The notes under the pieces are model-generated. The model was not told the DNA's origin and searched no databases. It saw nothing but the letters and a program-made list of their open reading frames with translations. Positions 35,543-41,621 of a DNA stretch of 41,621 nucleotides are shown here, one piece after another (within the stretch, counting starts at the first letter, position 1; each line of letters opens with the position of its first letter). This stretch comes from Octopus bimaculoides (taxonomy: Eukaryota), in NCBI RefSeq assembly GCF_001194135.2, contig NC_068996.1, forward strand, positions 10,110,568 to 10,152,188, in the 5' to 3' direction. A program made the position numbers and the translations under genes.

Positions 35543-37048
35543 CAAACTTAGACACTGATGTCTTTACAGGGGATCAATTCCATGAGGTAAGAGGGACCAA
35601 GTTGAGTGGGTATAGAGGAAATTATGCGGATAAACAAATTAGATACATAAAATATATTAATCATAATAGCTTGAGTATGAAATACAAAATATATATATAT
35701 TTATGTATATACATATTTGGAAGGTTTGCCGCAGGAAAACTTGCTTCAGGATTTTTGGCGGTAGGAAAGTTCACCAGATAGGGAATTTTGCTGCAAGACA
35801 ATTTCACTGAGAGGAAGATAAATTGCTCCCTTGGTATATAATTGTTTCAACTAACCTATCTATTATATCCTTATGGCAAAGCTACAGGAGGAGGGGCAAA
35901 ATAAAGCAATCTAAAAGATGATAATGTTTAAAAAAAAAAAATTCTGCTTAAATGAAAAGTAATATAATATAAATATGATAACGCAGGAGTGGCTGTGTGG
36001 TAAGTAGCTTGCTTACCAACCACATGGTTCCAGGTTCTTTCCCACTATGTGGCACCTTGGGCAAGTGTCTTCTACTATAGCCTTGGGCTGACCAAAGCCT
36101 TGTGAGTGGATTTGGTAGACGGAAACTGAAAGAAGCCCGTCGTATATATGTATATTTATGTGTGTATGTTTGTGTGTCTGTGTTTGTCCCCCTAGCATTG
36201 CTTGACAACCGATGCTTGTGTATTTATGCCTCTGTCACTTAGCAGTTCGGCAAAAGTGACCGATAGAATAAGTACTAGGCTTACAAAGAATAAGTCCCGG
36301 GGTCGATTTGCTTGACTAAAGGCAGTGCTCCAGCATGGCCGCAGTCAAATGACTGAAACAAATAAAGACAGAGTAACATTTACAAAGAACAAAACAAAAA
36401 CAAAAAACAGTTAAATCTAAAATAGAATTATAAAAAAACATATATAAACATATATATAAAAGGCAATTTTTTTCAGATCTGCAGTTTCTCTAAATCAGGT
36501 TGCCTACCATATTTTCTAGATTATCTATATGGTGAAATTATCTTACAGCAAAATTTCCTATATGGCAAAGTTTCCTATGGTGAGTTTTCTTACGCGTTTT
36601 CCTGTGGTAAAAATTTTTACGGTGAAAGTTCCTAGAACCATACGTTTACATTCAAAGCAAGAGAAAGTAAAAGGTGAAAACTTTCAGGCGATGAATTTTT
36701 AAGTATAAATATAAAGATATTTATATTAACAGGTCCAAATTACACAGGGTACAAACGACAGAAAATTAAAGGGGTGGAAGAAAGGTGTTATACGTCCAAC
36801 AGCTGTTTTTGAGGGCTCAGAGATCCATAATAATGTTGGTAGATGAGGTTCATCACAATATGTGGCTGAAATGGATAAAGTCAACATATTTAGTGTTTCA
36901 TACCCAAATTATTATATTTAATATATTTAATGTATCTACTTTTTTTATCTGTTTAATTGCCTCTACATCCACCCAATTTGATTCTTCTTAGAACCATTCT
37001 TTATCTTGCAGAATTGATCCCCTGTAAAGAAATCAGAGTCTAATTTTG
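35543..37048. mobile_element. About 1.5-kb non-autonomous DNA element with about 37-bp TIRs, containing nested elements
   Basis: CAAACTTAGACACTGATGTCTTTACAGGGGATCAATTC ... GAATTGATCCCCTGTAAAGAAATCAGAGTCTAATTTTG. Confidence 0.7.
35983..36375 (+). mobile_element. SINE family A, full length
   Basis: GCAGGAGTGGCTGTGTGGTAAG head to GCAGTCAAATGACTGAAACA tail. Confidence 0.9.
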
Positions 37049-37216
37049 TATAGATACATATGTATACATATGACTGTGTGTGTTTTTGTGTATGTGTTTG
37101 TTACCTATCACAGCTTGACAACTGGTGTTGGTGTGTTTATGTCCCTATAACTTAGCAGTTCAGCAAAAGACACCAACGGAATGAATACCAGGCTTTACAA
37201 ATAAATAAATAAACAA

Positions 37217-38104
37217 GAGAAAAGTTGGACCTAAGAAGCATCAGATGTGGTGTACAAGAGAGACGATTGCACTAGTATGATCATGTGGTGAGAATGGATG
37301 AGGATAGCTGTGTGAAAAAGTGTCACACCCTAGCAGTTGAGGGAAACTGTGGAAGAGGTAGACCCAGGAAGACCTGGGATGAGGTGATGAAGCACAACCT
37401 TCGAACATTGGGCCTTACCAAGGCAATGACTAGTGACAGACCTTTGGAGATGTGCTGTGCTTGAGAAGACCTGACAAACCAAGTGAGACCATAACCTGTG
37501 GCCTATGCCAGTGGTGTATAACCAGCCAACTTATGAGTACCCTTCATTCATTGGACAATAAACTTTGCTTGCGAAGACCTGTTGAAGCAAGTGAAAACAA
37601 AATTGCTGACATGGCCGATGACAGTACCGCCTGATTGGCACTCATGCCAGTGGAACGTTAAAAGCACCATCCGAACGTGACCATTGCCAGGGCCACTGAC
37701 TGGTTCCTGTGCCAGTGGCACGTAAAAAGCACCATTCGAGTGTGATCATTGCTAGTGACGCCTTACTGGCACATGCGCTGGTGGCATATGTAAAACAACA
37801 TTCAAGTGTGGTCGTTGCCAATGCCGCTGGATTGGCTCCCGTGCAGGTGGCACATAAAAAACACCTTTTGAGCGTGGTCGTTGCAAGTACTGCCTGACTG
37901 GCCCTCATGCCGGTGGCAAGTAAAAGCACCCACTACACTCTTGGAGTGGTTGGTGTTAAGAAGGGCATCCAGCTGTAGAAACTCTGCCAGATCAGATTGG
38001 AGCCTGGTGCAGCCTCCTGGCTCACCAGTCCCCAGTCAAACTGTCCAACCCACGCCAACATGGAAAGCGGACGTTAAATGACGATGACGACGATGATGAT
38101 GATG
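37217..38104 (+). mobile_element. 5'-truncated RTE-clade LINE: ORF C-terminus, 3' UTR with about 65-bp tandem units, (GAT)n tail
   Basis: EKLDLRSIRCGVQERRLH*YDHVVRMDEDSCVKKCHTLAVEGNCGRGRPRKTWDEVMKHNLRTLGLTKAMTSDR (RTE RRL.W.GHV.RM...GRGRP.KTW motif). Confidence 0.85.
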
Positions 38105-39189
38105 AAATAAATAACTACTGGAGTCGATTTGTTCAACTAAAAATTCTTCAAGGTGGTGCCCCAGTATGGCCACAGTCTAATGACTGAAACAAGTAAAAGG
38201 TAAAAGATAAGTAGATGCCAGTTTGAAGAGGTCAACCACTGGCAAAATTTCAAATTTAGAGTCAATAAAATTATTAAGAATATCAAATTCTATTCTTGTA
38301 GTGAGTCCTTCATTTTCAAGTTAACCCTCTCAGACCTGGGCCCCTGTGACTAACTTTACCCTCCACCTGGGCTTCTAAGGAGAAAAAAAATAGTTGAATA
38401 TACAGCTCAAGAGCTACATGTACAATGTGTATAATATGTAATGTGTAACATTCAGCAATTAACAGCCGATATTGATGTGCTGAAACAATTTTAGTACTTT
38501 GGAATAAATACTTTATTCTATTGCAGCATGGAAGGTGCTTATAAGCCATTTAAGAAATACACAAAAACCGTTAGATTCACTTCAACATTTAAATTTAATT
38601 TACCAAAATATTTTCTCAGATCACGTCACTTGCTATGCAAGTACATCTCTGTAAAAAAACTTTATTCTATCTTCTCATATTAAAAAAATTCTTCTATATA
38701 TAAACTCTGCAGATATTCACAGACATGTATACCCAACTCAGAAAGCTGGGCCAGGAGTAACAAATACAGAAAAACAAATGGACAGAATTAGTTGTGTCTT
38801 CTTTTTTCTACATATGTTGTTAATTACCGCTTTACTGAGTATCTGGCAGAGATGACATTAAACCCATTCCTGCTATAACAGGAATATGGCATGACAGGGT
38901 TAATAACCATATTTTTTAAGCTTATAAAAATATCCTTTAGCAACTGACATGAGTGTGTTGTCTGTCGTGTGTGTGTGTGTGCTATCAGTTGTGTGTGTGT
39001 GTGCTATCTGTTGTGTGTGTGTGTGTGCATGCATGTATCAAATAAGACAGACTCCAACAAGGCTGGTGGTCTGTTTTGCCAAGACTTGTATTATTTGAGG
39101 GGGTGGAAAAAGGAGTAACAGAATGATTACAGTAAAATGTCCATTGGGGAGCTGATTTTCTTTTAGACATGATATATTGTAAATATGAT

Positions 39190-39790
39190 TATATTTACAA
39201 TTAAATGATCTTTTATTAATTAGTCGGAGTGGTGTCTTCATTTTAATTGTTGCTTTCACTACACTTCAGCTGTGTACACTCCAGTCTTCTTCAGGTGTCT
39301 TGTGATTCACCAAAGTGCCTGGCCTGGCATTCACTAAGGTGAATCTCAAGGCACCTGAAGAAGGCTGGAGCAAACACAGCTGAAGCTTCTGTGGTTGTGG
39401 TGTATGTGAGTGATTAGTAGTAAATGGCTTACCTCGTCTTCCTTCCACCGCACGAGCCTGTCTTGTGGTATCCTGTCCTCGCACCTGGCCCGACCTGAAG
39501 AACGCTAGAAATAGCAGCAACCTCTCCCTCACCTGGACGATCGCCTCACACGTCTTTGCATTGCAACGACCCCCCGCTCGAAAAAGCACTAAATCCCAAT
39601 TGAGGCTCCCTCTGCCCCTCTTCCTCTTTCGGTCAGCTCCCAGTTCTGGTCAGCTCCCGGTTCCGGTCAGCGGTCAGCTCCCCAGTCACTGACGTCATAC
39701 CACAGCTTCTGAAAGCAGCAACCAAGATGAGGACACCATTCCTACAAATACTTAACATGTAAATTCCTCATCTCAGAAATACAAAATTGC
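39190..39790. mobile_element. Penelope-like inverted element with paired hammerhead-like motifs, interrupted by a solo LTR
   Basis: Arms 39264-39311 and 39338-39385 are reverse complements, each containing G(A/G)CAC-CTGAAGA-A-G(A/G)CTG..CAGCT-GAAG; tails TGAAAGCA..AA.ATGA.GACACCA.TCC on both sides. Confidence 0.65.
39390..39704. mobile_element. 315-bp solo LTR
   Basis: GCTTC|TGTGGT ... CATACCACA|GCTTC: TG..CA inverted termini and 5-bp TSD; GC-rich, with internal GGTCAGCTCCC repeats. Confidence 0.8.
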
Positions 39791-39864
39791 TTTTCTTTTA
39801 TCTGCTTATCAGATTCTTGTAGTACACTTGAAACAATAAAGGTTCAAAAAATTGTTAACAATAT

Positions 39865-40092
39865 TTACTCTTTCTCTTGTTTCAGTCATTTGACTGTGGT
39901 CATGCTGGAGCACCACCTTAAAGGTCTTTAGTCAAAGAAACTGAGCCCAGGATTTATTCTTTATAAGCCTAAAAAACCATTCTATTGGTCTTTTCCTGAA
40001 CTGCTAAGTTACAGGGACGTAAACACACCAACATTTGTTGTCAAGCGATGGTGGGGGACAAACACAGACACAAAGATATACACATAAACTTA

Positions 40093-40133
<41 letters not shown>

Positions 40134-40828
40134 ACACATATACAAAACTGTTAAGAGTAGATATTAGACCTTGATCTTAGTCNNNNNNNNNNNNNNNNNN
40201 NNNNNNNNNNNNNNNNNNNNNNNNNNNNNNNNNNNNNNNNNNNNNNNNNNNNNNNNNNNNNNNNNNNNNNNNNNNNNNNNNNNNNNNNNNNNNNNNNNNN
40301 NNNNNNNNNNNNNNNNNNNNNNNNNNNNNNNNNNNNNNNNNNNNNNNNNNNNNNNNNNNNNNNNNNNNNNNNNNNNNNNNNNNNNNNNNNNNNNNNNNNN
40401 NNNNNNNNNNNNNNNNNNNNNNNNNNNNNNNNNNNNNNNNNNNNNNNNNNNNNNNNNNNNNNNNNNNNNNNNNNNNNNNNNNNNNNNNNNNNNNNNNNNN
40501 NNNNNNNNNNNNNNNNNNNNNNNNNNNNNNNNNNNNNNNNNNNNNNNNNNNNNNNNNNNNNNNNNNNNNNNNNNNNNNNNNNNNNNNNNNNNNNNNNNNN
40601 NNNNNNNNNNNNNNNNNNNNNNNNNNNNNNNNNNNNNNNNNNNNNNNNNNNNNNNNNNNNNNNNNNNNNNNNNNNNNNNNNNNNNNNNNNNNNNNNNNNN
40701 NNNNNNNNNNNNNNNNNNNNNNNNNNNNNNNNNNNNNNNNNNNNNNNNNNNNNNNNNNNNNNNNNNNNNNNNNNNNNNNNNNNNNNNNNNNNNNNNNNNN
40801 NNNNNNNNNNNNNNNNNNNNNNNNNNNN

Positions 40829-40866
<38 letters not shown>

Positions 40867-41105
40867 GTATATATATATACATACATACATATATATATGT
40901 ATATATATATATATATATATACGTATATATATATACATATATATATATATACGACGGACTTCTTTCAGTTTCTATCTGCCAATCCACTCACAAAGCTTTC
41001 GTCTGTCAGAGGCTATAGTAGAAAACACTTGCCTGATGTGCCTCACAGTTGAACCAAACCCAGAGCCATGTGGTTGTGGAGTAAGCTTCTTACCTCACAG
41101 CTACA
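39865..41105 (-). mobile_element. Family-A SINE tail (39865-40140) and head (40950-41105) separated by an internal microsatellite and an N gap
   Basis: Both halves match family A on the minus strand; they may be one element or two. Confidence 0.7.
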
Positions 41106-41444
41106 GTGGACTATTCCAACCTTATATTCAGAATATGGAGTGGTGATGGCTTCTTTCTGTGTAATCACTTTTTATAATGAGTAGTTTTTGATTTTGCAAG
41201 CTTTGCAGCCAGAATTTTGCAGTCAGCATAGACAAAATCCTGGCAGCACAGAAACCGGCACCACTCCATATCTTGGAGATGAATCTGAGAAAATCTGAAA
41301 TTATTGATGGAAAGGAATTTAGGAACTTTGTTATACCAAATGCACGACAAGGATTTTATATGCAGTTAAATTATGAGAAAATCCAGATAAAAAAGATTTC
41401 AATTGTAAAATAAACATTTACAATTTGTATTTCTCTTTTATCTC

Positions 41445-41621
41445 TTTCTCTTTTACTTGTTTCAGTCATTTGACTGTGGCCATGCTGGAGCACCACCTTT
41501 AGTCGATAAAATCGACCTCAGGACTTATACTTTTTAAGCCTAGTACTTATTCTATTGGTCTCTTTTGCCAAATCGCTAAGTTACGAGGACGTAAACATAC
41601 CACCATCGATTGTCAAGCGAT
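41445..41621 (-). mobile_element. Family-A SINE tail, continuing beyond the window
   Basis: CTTTTACTTGTTTCAGTCATTTGACTGTGGCCATGCTGGAGCACC. Confidence 0.85.

Noticed and set aside
37625-37935. CRISPR-like repeat/spacer periodicity
   Set aside because: The 'spacers' are homologous to each other, the repeats are degenerate, the context is a eukaryotic RTE 3' UTR and there are no cas genes
39266-39692. 107-aa and 75-aa GC-rich ORFs
   Set aside because: They lie within or across the solo LTR and hairpin; no domain recognised

Overview
AT-rich, gap-ridden eukaryotic scaffold dominated by microsatellites and transposable elements. The repeat families and microsatellite density look like a cephalopod (probably Octopus) draft assembly; that assignment is recall-based and was not searched. 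No host protein-coding exon could be supported: almost all ORFs in the track are translations of (TA)n/(CA)n/(ATC)n repeats or N gaps. Recognisable content: degraded non-LTR retrotransposons (RTE-type 3' ends, CR1-group RT pieces), a hAT transposase C-terminal relic, two tRNA-derived SINE families (family A with an internal microsatellite, family B forming tandem arrays), TTAA-flanked and hAT-type MITEs, foldback elements and two solo LTRs with 5-bp TSDs. The most notable signal is a set of minimal type-I hammerhead-ribozyme-like motifs at about 705, 8201, 8711, 17545/17771 and 39255/39349. They share an extra purine after the CUGNNGA core and twice occur as inverted pairs. One sits in the tail of a tRNA-headed SINE, suggesting a Penelope-mobilised, ribozyme-carrying non-autonomous element system. 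Most copies carry core mutations and are probably inactive.
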